A stretch of DNA of 64,000 nucleotides from a virus (IMGVR_UViG_3300037851_000141:128001-192000), one strand, 5' to 3'; numbered from the stretch's first letter, positions 20,614 to 31,229 are shown. A program made the numbers and translations. Notes: generated by a model from the letters alone, not told the origin.

Positions 20614-22496
20614 ATATAATATTACCAATAGGTGGTCGTGGTGAAAGATTTAAGACTGATGGATATAGATTTCCAAAACCTCTTATAAATGTATTTGGTA
20701 AGCCTCTTATATTATGGGTGTTGGATAATCTTAATGTATCCGATGATGATAAGCTTTTTATTGTATATAATGAAGAACTTGATAACTATAATTTTAGTCA
20801 GATAGTAAAGTTTAGATATAAAAAGGCTAAGAATCTAAATTTTATAAAGATAAATTATTATACAAGAGGAGCAGCAGAGACTTTACTTTGTGGTTTAAAT
20901 CAGATTCCAAAAGAAGATATGGATAATCTGACGGTTTCTCTTGATTGTGACACCTTTTACGTTGATGATATTATAACAAAATGTAAAGAAAATAATAATA
21001 ATCTTATATTTTATTTTAATGATGTTGAAGAGAAACCAATTTATTCATACATTAAAACAAACAATATTGGTCAGGTTGTTGAAATAAAAGAAAAAATAAA
21101 AATATCCGACAACGCGAACACCGGAGCTTATTGTTTTAGAACAGCCAATCTTCTCAAATCATATTGTGAAAAACTTATTAGTACTCAATTAAGTCAAGAT
21201 AAAAAAGAATACTATGTCTCTCTTTTATATGATATGATTATTCGGGATATGGGTATTGTTTATTCAGCTAAAGTTGAAAAATTCCATTGTTTAGGTACAC
21301 CAGAGCAAGTTCAGTCTTTTTGTTTATTGAATCAAGAGAAAACGAAACCAAAGAGATTCTGTTTTGATCTTGACAATACCTTAGTAACATATCCAGTTAT
21401 TGATGGTGATTATACTTCAGTTTTACCTATACAAACTACAATAGATTATGTTAAATCATTAAAGCGTTTAGGTCATACGATAATAATATATACTGCCAGA
21501 AGAATGAAAACTCATAGTGGTAACGTTGGCGCTATAATTGCTGATGTTGGCAAGATAACTATTGATACATTGGCAAAATATGACATACCATACGATGAGC
21601 TTTATTTTGGTAAACCTTATGCTGACTTTTATATAGACGATTTAGGTGTCAATCCTTATTATGATATGCCAAAAGAACTTGGTTTTTATAAAGATACCAT
21701 AGATGCTCGTTCATTTAATAGTATAGAATTTCAAGATAAAACTATTATAAAAAGATCGAAAAATGGTAAATCTCTTGGTGAAATAACTTGGTATAGGCAT
21801 TTAACTCCAAACTCTATTGCTTCAATCTATGTTCCAAAATTGATTTCACATAATTCGGATGAGACTGAAATGACAATTGAACGTGTTGATGGTATTCCAG
21901 TTTCTTTATTATATATTAATGGTTCTATGACAAATGATATACTTAACTCTATATTTCGTGGGCTTTACTATATTCACATTCATCAAACAGAACATATTGA
22001 TATTCCAATAGATAATTGTTTTTACACTAACAAGCTTCGTGAGCGGTATGAATCTTATGATTATTCCTATTTAGGACCAGATATACATAACGAATATCTG
22101 GATTTAATGTCAAAATTAAGTCAATATGAACAAAAAATTTCTCAAAATACTTTTATACACGGAGATTCAGTTTTAACGAATATATTGCTTACTAAAAAAT
22201 CTGATATAATGTTTATTGATATGCGTGGAACCGTATTTGGAGATAAACTGTATGATTATGCTAAATTATATCAGTCAATAATTGGATATGATTTTATTCT
22301 TAATGATAAGCCTATAAATGATGATTATGTTAATAAATGGAAGACGATAATAGAACGTAATGTTACGACTACATTTACCGATAGAACAATAGAAGACCTC
22401 AAGTTGGTTACTCGCAGTTTATTATTTACTCTTATTCCATTACATAATAACGAAAAGTGTCATCAATATTACAAACTTATAAAGGATATTAAATGA
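20610..22496 (+). CDS. Tri-domain nucleotidyltransferase, HAD phosphatase and choline/aminoglycoside-kinase-like protein
   Basis: ILPIGGRGERF..PKPL; CFDLDNTL..YTARRM..GKPYADFYIDD; IHGDSVLTNIL..FID..YDYAKL; ATGA-coupled start at 20610. Confidence 0.85.
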   Translation: MNIILPIGGRGERFKTDGYRFPKPLINVFGKPLILWVLDNLNVSDDDKLFIVYNEELDNYNFSQIVKFRYKKAKNLNFIKINYYTRGAAETLLCGLNQIPKEDMDNLTVSLDCDTFYVDDIITKCKENNNNLIFYFNDVEEKPIYSYIKTNNIGQVVEIKEKIKISDNANTGAYCFRTANLLKSYCEKLISTQLSQDKKEYYVSLLYDMIIRDMGIVYSAKVEKFHCLGTPEQVQSFCLLNQEKTKPKRFCFDLDNTLVTYPVIDGDYTSVLPIQTTIDYVKSLKRLGHTIIIYTARRMKTHSGNVGAIIADVGKITIDTLAKYDIPYDELYFGKPYADFYIDDLGVNPYYDMPKELGFYKDTIDARSFNSIEFQDKTIIKRSKNGKSLGEITWYRHLTPNSIASIYVPKLISHNSDETEMTIERVDGIPVSLLYINGSMTNDILNSIFRGLYYIHIHQTEHIDIPIDNCFYTNKLRERYESYDYSYLGPDIHNEYLDLMSKLSQYEQKISQNTFIHGDSVLTNILLTKKSDIMFIDMRGTVFGDKLYDYAKLYQSIIGYDFILNDKPINDDYVNKWKTIIERNVTTTFTDRTIEDLKLVTRSLLFTLIPLHNNEKCHQYYKLIKDIK

Positions 22497-23248
22497 GAAC
22501 CGCTCTTTTATTTTATGGTCAGTTTAGATTTGTTGAAGAATGCTTCCAATCAATTAAACAAAATCTTATAGAACCAAATTTCCCTGATATATTCTTTCAT
22601 GGTTGGTATAGTGATGATGAAATAACCCAACCGTATAAGTTTGGCGGTAATGGCGGTTGGCAACATCAGAGAATAAAAAAAGATGCTCATAAAAAAGCCT
22701 TTGAGTTATATTCTCCAGTTAAGACAAAAATTGAACCTTCAAAAAAATTTTTAGATAAGAATATGGATTTCAGTCTTAGTATTCAGAGATATTATCGTGG
22801 CGCTTTAGAACGACCGGACATGAATCCAGACTTTCGTAATAAGATGATAAACAACATTCATAGTATGTGGTATTCAATTCACCAAAGTAATTTATTAAAA
22901 CAAGAATATGAACTTGATCGGGACTTTAAGTACGATTGTGTAATACGAAGTAGGTTTGATAATGTAATAAAAACAAGAATTGAAGTTGCTTCTTTAGATT
23001 TAAGTAAAATACACTATATTGAAATGGGTCAACCCGCACCTATGGTTTCAGATTGGTTGAATATCGGTAATAGTCAAAATATGGATGTTATAAATTCAAT
23101 ATATCCAAACATTAGTAAATATGTAGAACTTACCAAACGGGATACTGGTGGTTCTTTTTGTAGTGAGTTATTGATAAGAAAAGCTGCTGATATGTTTGGT
23201 ATTCCAGTACAACAACAAGGGTGGCATGTAGAATTGCCGAGGTTTTAG
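22493..23248 (+). CDS. Putative glycosyltransferase-like protein
   Basis: ALLFYGQFR and YDCVIRSRFD pattern typical of glycan-locus proteins. Confidence 0.6.
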   Translation: MRTALLFYGQFRFVEECFQSIKQNLIEPNFPDIFFHGWYSDDEITQPYKFGGNGGWQHQRIKKDAHKKAFELYSPVKTKIEPSKKFLDKNMDFSLSIQRYYRGALERPDMNPDFRNKMINNIHSMWYSIHQSNLLKQEYELDRDFKYDCVIRSRFDNVIKTRIEVASLDLSKIHYIEMGQPAPMVSDWLNIGNSQNMDVINSIYPNISKYVELTKRDTGGSFCSELLIRKAADMFGIPVQQQGWHVELPRF

Positions 23249-23251
23249 AAC

Positions 23252-24139
23252 ATGATAAATAACAAAAACGTCATTCTATGGGTTCCTGCGGGTCGTCAAC
23301 GGTATATGGAACTTCTCATACCCCATCTTATAAAGAATATTGAGTATGTTGACGAGATTCATTTGTGGCGGAATACTCGTAATGACTCAGATGCTCGTTA
23401 TCTTGAGTCTCTTGCTAATGTACATCCAAAAATAAAAATAAGAGAACATGGTAGACAGGAATATAAAGGTAAAGTCGAATATTTAAGGTTTGTCTATCCA
23501 GAATATAAAGAATCTAATACAGTCTATATAAAAGTCGATGATGATGTTGTATATATTGAGCCAAACAAGCTAAAATCATTTATAGAATTTCGTATAAACA
23601 ACCCACAATATTTTCTTGTTTACCCAATGACTGTCAATAATCCATTTTGTATGTGGAAAGCTTCTCGTTTAGGTATAATCCCAAATCTACCAAGCACTTA
23701 TGACTCTTGGGAATCTACAATAAAGACAGTTAAACCAAAAATACAACGTCGCTCAGAACCTCGCCTTACTCATTATATGGATGAAAAACAAGTTCTTTGT
23801 CCTGATTTTTGGGGTAATAACGATAATGCCTTAATGTTCCATAGACAACTGATTGAACATGGTCCAAATAAGTTCCATATGCCTAATTGGGAGTTGACTA
23901 ATAACGAAACAGTTTCAATCAATTTTATATCATGGTTGGGCGAGTCATTTCAAGAGTTTAATGGACAAGTTGATTCGTTTGAGGATGAAACTTGGCTTGC
24001 GACATTCTATCCAATATACTCCAATAAAATAAACTGTGTATATGGGGATTTTGTTGTTTCTCATTTCTCGTATTACCCTCAAATGAAATTTCTTGATTCA
24101 ACTGATTTATTGATGAGTTATGGTAAAATAAATGACTAA
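23252..24139 (+). CDS. GT-A fold glycosyltransferase
   Basis: VPAGRQRY; YIKVDDDVVYI. Confidence 0.7.
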   Translation: MINNKNVILWVPAGRQRYMELLIPHLIKNIEYVDEIHLWRNTRNDSDARYLESLANVHPKIKIREHGRQEYKGKVEYLRFVYPEYKESNTVYIKVDDDVVYIEPNKLKSFIEFRINNPQYFLVYPMTVNNPFCMWKASRLGIIPNLPSTYDSWESTIKTVKPKIQRRSEPRLTHYMDEKQVLCPDFWGNNDNALMFHRQLIEHGPNKFHMPNWELTNNETVSINFISWLGESFQEFNGQVDSFEDETWLATFYPIYSNKINCVYGDFVVSHFSYYPQMKFLDSTDLLMSYGKIND

Positions 24140-24150
24140 AGGGATATGAA

Positions 24151-25110
24151 ATGAAAATTATTATATGGGGATACCCCCTTCATTCACATACACATTCTTA
24201 TATTCATGATGCTTTTTATCGAACGTTTAAGCACATGGGATATGAGACATATTGGTTTCATGATGGTGGATATCCAAAAGACTTTAATTGGGATGATTGT
24301 ATTTTTTGGACTGAGGGGTTTGCTGACAAGAATATTCCACTAAATAAAACATCAACTTATTTTGTTCACGTTTGTCCAAATCCTCGCAAATATATAGGAC
24401 AGGTAAAGAGATTCATTGATGTTCGGTATAATCACCTATGGCACAATGATCACTGTTATTCATACACAATCAATAAATCAGAGTTAAAAAAGGTCGGACC
24501 TTGTTGTTATCTCCAAGAAAAAGAGAATAAACAAATCAGAGTCAAGAATAACTATCAAGACTATATGATTGAAGATTATGATAAACTGTATTTCACATGG
24601 GCGGCCAATTTCTTCCCAGAACAGTTCAATTTAGATGATGTAAACTATCCAAGAAAAAATGTTATAAACTTCTGCGGTAATCTGACTTCTAATGGTCGGT
24701 GTGAAAATTTGTCAACATTTAGACCATTTATAGATGAATGTAATAAGCATCATATTCCATTTATCCACAATTGTCCATTCTCTAATCCATTAAGTGATGA
24801 TGAAGTAATCAAACGAACAAAAGAATCATTACTTGGTGTTGATATTCGTGGACCAGAACATATTAGAAATGGATATGTACCATGTCGAGTCTTCAAATCA
24901 ATAAGTTATGGCCATCTTGGTATGACGAATTCCAGAGAAGTATTCAATGAAATGGAAGGACATTGTATCTTTAACGAGAATACGGATCAATTGTTTCACG
25001 ATGCTATGGCTAAGAAAGACGATAAGGAATATATAAGAACTTCGATGTTATACGTTCGTGATAACCACACTTATATAAATAGAATAAACACCATATTAGG
25101 AATAATCTAA
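24151..25110 (+). CDS. GT-B-like glycosyltransferase (CgeB-like C-terminus)
   Basis: RVFKSISYG; HTYINRINTIL. Confidence 0.6.
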   Translation: MKIIIWGYPLHSHTHSYIHDAFYRTFKHMGYETYWFHDGGYPKDFNWDDCIFWTEGFADKNIPLNKTSTYFVHVCPNPRKYIGQVKRFIDVRYNHLWHNDHCYSYTINKSELKKVGPCCYLQEKENKQIRVKNNYQDYMIEDYDKLYFTWAANFFPEQFNLDDVNYPRKNVINFCGNLTSNGRCENLSTFRPFIDECNKHHIPFIHNCPFSNPLSDDEVIKRTKESLLGVDIRGPEHIRNGYVPCRVFKSISYGHLGMTNSREVFNEMEGHCIFNENTDQLFHDAMAKKDDKEYIRTSMLYVRDNHTYINRINTILGII

Positions 25111-25736
25111 TGAAAACAATCACAGAAATAGCAAAAAAATATTTTACCGATAAAGGTATTGAACTTATTCACGAAGGCAGAAATATTGCTCATGGATATT
25201 CTGTTCTATATGATCGCTATTTTGGTCATATGAGAAATGATACGTTGAATATTCTTGAGATTGGGTTAGGTGATGCTGCCGGAAGTGCGTTCTTATGGGC
25301 AGAAGTTTTTCCTAATGCTCAAATATATATGGCTGATTATGATCACAATAAAATAAATCGGTTCATGCCACAGGTTCCAAAAAATGTTCATATGATTTAT
25401 GCCGATCAATCAAACCGAAACTCGCTGAACAATTTGTCTAGCCAGATTCCTAATAATATGGATATAATAATAGATGATGGTAGCCATAAGAATGATCACA
25501 TTATATTATCGTTTGATGTTCTGTTTCCTAAATTGAAAGATGGTGGAGTTTATATAATTGAAGACACATATCAATCCTATACGGAATCGGGTGAAACCCC
25601 AATTATGTTCTTTAAGGATATCATTGACCGTATAAATGATTATTTGTCTGATAAAAAAGATATATATGGAATAAACTCAATACATTTTTATCGCAACCTT
25701 ATTCTCGTTTTTAAGGGTGAAAAAATAACAAAATGA
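25110..25736 (+). CDS. Class I SAM-dependent (sugar O-) methyltransferase
   Basis: ILEIGLG; DIIIDDGSH; LKDGGVYIIED. Confidence 0.85.
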   Translation: MKTITEIAKKYFTDKGIELIHEGRNIAHGYSVLYDRYFGHMRNDTLNILEIGLGDAAGSAFLWAEVFPNAQIYMADYDHNKINRFMPQVPKNVHMIYADQSNRNSLNNLSSQIPNNMDIIIDDGSHKNDHIILSFDVLFPKLKDGGVYIIEDTYQSYTESGETPIMFFKDIIDRINDYLSDKKDIYGINSIHFYRNLILVFKGEKITK

Positions 25737-26419
25737 CCATTGGCGCATATTTACAGGTATATAAAAATAATAATAAAGTTGATTTTGTTTTAAGCAAGTT
25801 TCGTGAAATATACCCTGATGCTCCAATATATCTTGTATCTGATGCGGGCGACGATTTTACAGAGTTATCAAAAAAATATAATTGTTTTTATGAACATGCT
25901 ACATTGAATACTGGAGTTAGTCATATCGGGTTTAATAAAGAACAGACCCTAACTTGGCTTCTCCGATTCTATAATGCTTGTAAATATGTAAATACGGACC
26001 ACATTATATATCTTGAGGATGATGTTTTAGTAAGACGCCCAATACAAATAAACCCAGAATGGAATATTGCTGGAGTACTCATAAATGAGATACCAGCATG
26101 TATAGTCGAGTATCTTAGAACTAAACATAATGCCGTTTTTAATACTACTTTATATGGTGCTTGCGGTGGAACAATATATAAATGTAGCGAACTAATAAAA
26201 ATCTACGATAATATGGTTTCGTTTATTAACTCTGATTTTGACGTTTTTTATCGTGATCTTGGTGTACATTTTGGATTTCTTGATATGTTCATGCCTATAT
26301 TTTTTATGATGAATGGATATAGATATGAACAGAATACAGAATTGATAGAAAGTCATCGGAATTCAAGTTGGAGACATTCACATCATTCAATAGTACATGG
26401 TAAGGAAATCTATGGCTGA
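25733..26419 (+). CDS. GT-A fold glycosyltransferase
   Basis: LVSDAG; IIYLEDDVLV. Confidence 0.65.
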   Translation: MTIGAYLQVYKNNNKVDFVLSKFREIYPDAPIYLVSDAGDDFTELSKKYNCFYEHATLNTGVSHIGFNKEQTLTWLLRFYNACKYVNTDHIIYLEDDVLVRRPIQINPEWNIAGVLINEIPACIVEYLRTKHNAVFNTTLYGACGGTIYKCSELIKIYDNMVSFINSDFDVFYRDLGVHFGFLDMFMPIFFMMNGYRYEQNTELIESHRNSSWRHSHHSIVHGKEIYG

Positions 26420-27356
26420 AGGAAAATCATACACAAGTAATGTATCTAAACTACTTAAACATCTTGACAAATTACAAGGATTACAGAATGGTGTTGTTTC
26501 GCCAATTATGGTTCATCTTGCTCTTACTAATATATGTAATCTTCGCTGTTCTTTTTGTTGCTTTGCTAATCGTAAGCGGAGCGAAGTTCTATCGTTAGAT
26601 GATGTAAAATCTGTTCTGAATCAATTTCGTCAGTTAGGTACAAGTGCTGTTGAATTTACTGGCGGCGGTGAACCTCTTTTACACCCTAATATAAATGACA
26701 TTGCTCAATATGCTTATGATTCTGGTTATAGTCTTGGAGTTTGTACTAATGGAACATGTGTAAACCGAATAAAGAATTGGGATTTATTCAAGTGGGTACG
26801 TTTAGGTCTTTATTTTGTAGATAACGATTATAATATTGATATTGAATACCTTAAGCAATTCAAGCAAGTAGATATTAGTGGTGCTTATGTGTGGGACAAT
26901 CCAAATCCAGACTTATTCTATAAAATGATAAACTTCGCAGAAACCCATAAAATTCCAACTCGTATTGCCGTAAATGCTATCAAACCAACTGATCAAATCC
27001 TGAGAGACATGGATATTGTGAGCGAACAGTTAAGTAAGGTTGATCGGAAGTATGTATTCTTGTCTGACTTTAATCTCAAAACAGAACGTCGAAATAATAA
27101 GTGCTTTGTACATATGATAAAACCATTTGTATTCCCTGATAGAAACGTATATGCTTGTCCATCAGCAGAACTCGCAGTAGAAAATGGAATAAATGTAAAC
27201 GATGAATTTAAGTTATGTAGCATTGATAAAATATTAGAATTCTATCAAAAAGGTGTATCAGTTCGTAATCATAACTGTTCATTCTGTAAATACGCTCAAC
27301 AAAATGAATTGATTGAAGACCTATTAGTGAGGACAACCCACAATGAATTCGCCTAA
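26412..27356 (+). CDS. Radical SAM protein with SPASM/twitch-like C-terminus
   Basis: CNLRCSFC, FTGGGEPLLHP; C-terminal CFVH..YACP..CSFC; start at 26412 follows TAAGGA. Confidence 0.9.
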   Translation: MAEGKSYTSNVSKLLKHLDKLQGLQNGVVSPIMVHLALTNICNLRCSFCCFANRKRSEVLSLDDVKSVLNQFRQLGTSAVEFTGGGEPLLHPNINDIAQYAYDSGYSLGVCTNGTCVNRIKNWDLFKWVRLGLYFVDNDYNIDIEYLKQFKQVDISGAYVWDNPNPDLFYKMINFAETHKIPTRIAVNAIKPTDQILRDMDIVSEQLSKVDRKYVFLSDFNLKTERRNNKCFVHMIKPFVFPDRNVYACPSAELAVENGINVNDEFKLCSIDKILEFYQKGVSVRNHNCSFCKYAQQNELIEDLLVRTTHNEFA

Positions 27357-27966
27357 ATACGATGAAGATTATTATGAGAATGGTATAAAATGTGGAATAA
27401 GTGGATACGAAAATTATCACTATATGCCAACCAGAAGTTATAGCGAAGCAATTTCAATACATAAAAACATAGAATTTACTGATTGTATAGATTATGGTTG
27501 CGCTAAAGGGTTTCTGGTACACGCACTAAATCAATTAGGACATTATACTATTGGCTTGGATATTAGTGAGTATGCTATTCAACATTGTTTGCCGACAGTA
27601 CAAGATAAGGTATATTTACTTAATGATACAATTACAAATATGGGATTTCAGACTGACCTTCTCATAGCTAAAGACGTACTTGAACATATAGCAGAACAAG
27701 ACATTACAACGGTATTATCTGACTTCAAGAATGTGTGTAATAAAGCTCTTTTAGTAATACCCCTTGGCGACAACGATTTATTCCGAATACGAGAATATGA
27801 AATAGATAAAACTCATATAACTAAAAAGAATGAAGATTTTTGGATTGATAAGATAAGGGAAGTTGGATTTAAGTTGACATCATTTGATTATTGTTTAGGA
27901 GACGTTAAAAAGAAGTGGGTTGACCAGTATCCCCATGGCAATGGCTTTTTCATTATTGAGAGCTAA
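27343..27966 (+). CDS. Class I SAM methyltransferase
   Basis: IDYGCAKGFLV; DVLEHI. Confidence 0.85.
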   Translation: MNSPKYDEDYYENGIKCGISGYENYHYMPTRSYSEAISIHKNIEFTDCIDYGCAKGFLVHALNQLGHYTIGLDISEYAIQHCLPTVQDKVYLLNDTITNMGFQTDLLIAKDVLEHIAEQDITTVLSDFKNVCNKALLVIPLGDNDLFRIREYEIDKTHITKKNEDFWIDKIREVGFKLTSFDYCLGDVKKKWVDQYPHGNGFFIIES

Positions 27967-27968
27967 CC

Positions 27969-28805
27969 ATGGATAAGACCTTTTTTTATATAGTTGGTGG
28001 TCAGCAAGTCCATTATGATAATATTATGCGGAGTATTAGAAGTCTTCGCCAATTTGATAAAAAATCCAAAATAATGATATTTGAGGTTGGTGATAAGTTA
28101 AAGACAACAGCAGATTATATTGTTATCAATCAACCAAATATTATTGATTTAAACCATAAAGGTAAGATCGGGTTCAAGTTTTGGAAGCAGAAATACGTTG
28201 CCGCCCTTTACGTTAATACAGAATACGGCATATATATGGACAGCGATACAGTTGTTGTTAATGATAATTTTGACGAACTGTTGACAAAAATAGGTGATAA
28301 AGTTGGTTCGGCTCAACATTTTTGGGTTCCTACAATTGGGGAATTTCATAATAAGGCTGTTCCACCGCAGAATAGGCAATCGTTTAATTCTGTGATATCT
28401 CGGCTCGGTTGTTCAAATGACACTCCATTGTTTGCTGGCGGAATCTTTATGTTTAAGAATACTCCAATAATAAAAAATATAATGAATGATACCTTATATG
28501 TTTATGATGATGTTTATTCTGTTGATTCATCTTATATAACTGGATTAACGGATGAGATATTCTTTTCAGGCATATTAAACAAGTACAATTCCTCATATAG
28601 ATTAAATGGAGCATTAAATCATTGTTGTATGGGTGATGCTTTGATGCCAGTAAAATATGAAAATGGATTGTTATATGGACGGAACACATGGGAGTCTGAA
28701 TGGGAGAAAATAACCTTATTCCATTGCGATCCTACGAGAAGAAATCCCGCCAAAGATTATAATGGTATAGTACAGCAACAAATACAGAAAGCGTGGTCAG
28801 TATGA
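27969..28805 (+). CDS. GT8-like glycosyltransferase
   Basis: IYMDSDTVV; AGGIFMF; DEIFFS. Confidence 0.7.
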   Translation: MDKTFFYIVGGQQVHYDNIMRSIRSLRQFDKKSKIMIFEVGDKLKTTADYIVINQPNIIDLNHKGKIGFKFWKQKYVAALYVNTEYGIYMDSDTVVVNDNFDELLTKIGDKVGSAQHFWVPTIGEFHNKAVPPQNRQSFNSVISRLGCSNDTPLFAGGIFMFKNTPIIKNIMNDTLYVYDDVYSVDSSYITGLTDEIFFSGILNKYNSSYRLNGALNHCCMGDALMPVKYENGLLYGRNTWESEWEKITLFHCDPTRRNPAKDYNGIVQQQIQKAWSV

Positions 28806-29764
28806 GATTTTGTATAGTTGGTCCAGGAATAATGCCAATACCACCTACCGGCTGGGGTGCTGTTGAAATTCTTATTTGGGATTATGCTCAAACTTTACAA
28901 AATCTTGGCCATGAAGTCCGAATCGTAAATACACCTAATCATCAAGATATAATCCGTCAATGTAATGAGTTTAATGCCGATATTACCCATATACAATACG
29001 ATGATTTTTGGCATGTTGTTCCTCATATCAATAGCAGAATCAAAGCTATTACGAGCCATTACGGTTATATTACCCAAGTCGGTCAACGTCCAATAACACA
29101 GGGATACATACCAATCGTAAATGGCTTTAAGCAAATATCAGATAAAGCATATATATTTTGTTTATCACCCGAAATAAAACAATCATATATAAGGTTAGGT
29201 ATTCCAGAAAATAAATTGGTCGTAACTCCTAATGGTGCCAGAACCGATTTATTTAGATATTCTCCAACATGTGAGTTAGCCGACCAATCAATCTTCTTGG
29301 CTAAAGTTGATTACAGAAAACGTCAACGGCTCGCTCAAGTTGGCGCTAATGTTTACTTTGTTGGTAATATTGATAGAAACAACTCTGGTGGGTTTATCCA
29401 AGACAGATTTTATCATGGTGAATGGACAAAACAACAAATATACCAAGACTTAACCAGATACGCCAACTTAGTATTATTGTCTGACGGTGAAGCAGATCCG
29501 TTAGTGACAAAAGAAGCAATGATGTCCGGTTTGGGATTGGTTATATCAGAATATTCAACCGCTAATCTTGATTTATCTAAGCCCTTTATTGATGTGATAC
29601 CAGAATCCCGTATAAATGATGCTGGCTATGTAAAATCAGTTATAGAATCAAATCGTATCAAATCAGCATCAATGAGATCAGAGATTCGTCAATATGCTGA
29701 ACAAAATTTTAGTTGGTCTGCCTTGATAGAGAAATATGTTCAGATGATTGGGGGTTTAGTATGA
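28802..29764 (+). CDS. GT4-like (GT-B) glycosyltransferase
   Basis: PIPPTGWGAVE; LLSDGEADPLVTKEAMMSGL. Confidence 0.8.
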   Translation: MRFCIVGPGIMPIPPTGWGAVEILIWDYAQTLQNLGHEVRIVNTPNHQDIIRQCNEFNADITHIQYDDFWHVVPHINSRIKAITSHYGYITQVGQRPITQGYIPIVNGFKQISDKAYIFCLSPEIKQSYIRLGIPENKLVVTPNGARTDLFRYSPTCELADQSIFLAKVDYRKRQRLAQVGANVYFVGNIDRNNSGGFIQDRFYHGEWTKQQIYQDLTRYANLVLLSDGEADPLVTKEAMMSGLGLVISEYSTANLDLSKPFIDVIPESRINDAGYVKSVIESNRIKSASMRSEIRQYAEQNFSWSALIEKYVQMIGGLV

Positions 29765-30435
29765 ATGTTGGAATAATCATAATAGCAACGCACAAATATA
29801 TCAGATTTGTTCCTCAATTATATCAATCAATAAAAGATAATTTCTTGAAGAATCATAATGTATCTGTATTTGTTCTTACTGATCAACCTGAAGTGCCAAA
29901 TGGCTGTATAAAGGTTCCATTTCCACACAGACCTTGGCCATATTCAACTCTTATGCGATTCCATGGATTTACAGACAATCAACAGTACTTTAATGGTCAG
30001 GATTACTTATATTATATTGATGCTGATACAAGAGTCATTAATGTTGGTGATGAAGTGTTAGGCGATTTGGTTGGAACGGTTCATCCTGGTTGGTACAATC
30101 GTAGACCAGTAGATTTGTGTTATGACCGAAATCCTGTGAGTAAAGCATATGTCAAACCGGGTGATGGAAGACATTATTATTTTGGAACGTTCTTTGGTGG
30201 TAAAGCCTCTGAGTTTATGAAAATGTCGCATACGCTAAGAAATAATGTTGAAGAAGATTTATCAAAGAATACAATAGCACTCTGGCATGACGAGTCTCAT
30301 ATGAATAGATATTTCATTGATAATCCACCAACAATCTCATTACATCCTGGTTATGGTTATCCCGAAAGTTGGAGATTGCCATTTGATAAGCACATTTTGG
30401 CTTTAGATAAAAATCACGAAGAAATTAGAACTTAG
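29761..30435 (+). CDS. GT6 family (ABO-type) glycosyltransferase
   Basis: IIATHKY, YYIDADT, YYFGTFFGG, ALWHDESHMNRYF signature. Confidence 0.9.
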   Translation: MNVGIIIIATHKYIRFVPQLYQSIKDNFLKNHNVSVFVLTDQPEVPNGCIKVPFPHRPWPYSTLMRFHGFTDNQQYFNGQDYLYYIDADTRVINVGDEVLGDLVGTVHPGWYNRRPVDLCYDRNPVSKAYVKPGDGRHYYFGTFFGGKASEFMKMSHTLRNNVEEDLSKNTIALWHDESHMNRYFIDNPPTISLHPGYGYPESWRLPFDKHILALDKNHEEIRT

Positions 30436-31229
30436 ATAAACTTAAATGGTATTTCGTAATGAGGACTATTTGGATTTAGACCATATATATTTTCGGTAGA
30501 TATTACTTTACCACCTAAAAATATCTGATTCAATATGTCGTTCCCAAAGTAATGATTTAGTCCAGCATGATTAAGATTTTCATTTTGTACACGGTTTACT
30601 GGAATATTCATGATTTTAGATTCGTTGAAACATAACATAAGAGTCTTTGACATAGTTCCGCTTTGAGAATCAAGATATCCTTCTAAGGTGTTTGGCGCTC
30701 GGTAATTGCCGTTGAAGAACATATGCTTAATGTCAGAAAATCTAAATATATGACCATCTAAAGATAAAGGATACTCCCAATCAGAAGGGAACGGAGTCTG
30801 TCTCTTCCAATTCCATGTCCTATCTTGGTTGAATGGCGGAAGTGAACATGATTTCTTCTGAGTATAGCAATAGTTTATATGTGGAGATAGACGTAGACTT
30901 AATGTTAATATATCTGGTCGGTTGAAAAATGTCTTAACTTCTGTTTCGTTTAATGAAAAGTTGCGAATAAAAACAATATCATCAACGAGAAACATTTTAT
31001 ACTCGTCATCATTTAGATTAGATAATAAATCATTTCTAAAGTTAGATTCTTTTACGTAACTAAATTCAGGATGTATCTGTCTTACTTTATTATATCCAGC
31101 ATCAAAATCTGGAGTTGTTGCCCGATAAATTACTTTAATATCGGCAAATCCAATCCATTTGTCTTTTATAGAACGCAAAAGAAGTTCAAGTTGGGCGGTT
31201 CTGTCTTTACTGAATATTAGGGTCTGCAT
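30432..31229 (-). CDS. GT-A-like putative glycosyltransferase; on the minus strand although the ORF track lists it as +
   Basis: CAT at 31227-31229 reads ATG CAG ACC CTA on the reverse strand; TTA at 30432-30434 is the stop; MFLVDDIVF motif. Confidence 0.8.
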   Translation of the reverse strand: MQTLIFSKDRTAQLELLLRSIKDKWIGFADIKVIYRATTPDFDAGYNKVRQIHPEFSYVKESNFRNDLLSNLNDDEYKMFLVDDIVFIRNFSLNETEVKTFFNRPDILTLSLRLSPHINYCYTQKKSCSLPPFNQDRTWNWKRQTPFPSDWEYPLSLDGHIFRFSDIKHMFFNGNYRAPNTLEGYLDSQSGTMSKTLMLCFNESKIMNIPVNRVQNENLNHAGLNHYFGNDILNQIFLGGKVISTENIYGLNPNSPHYEIPFKFI

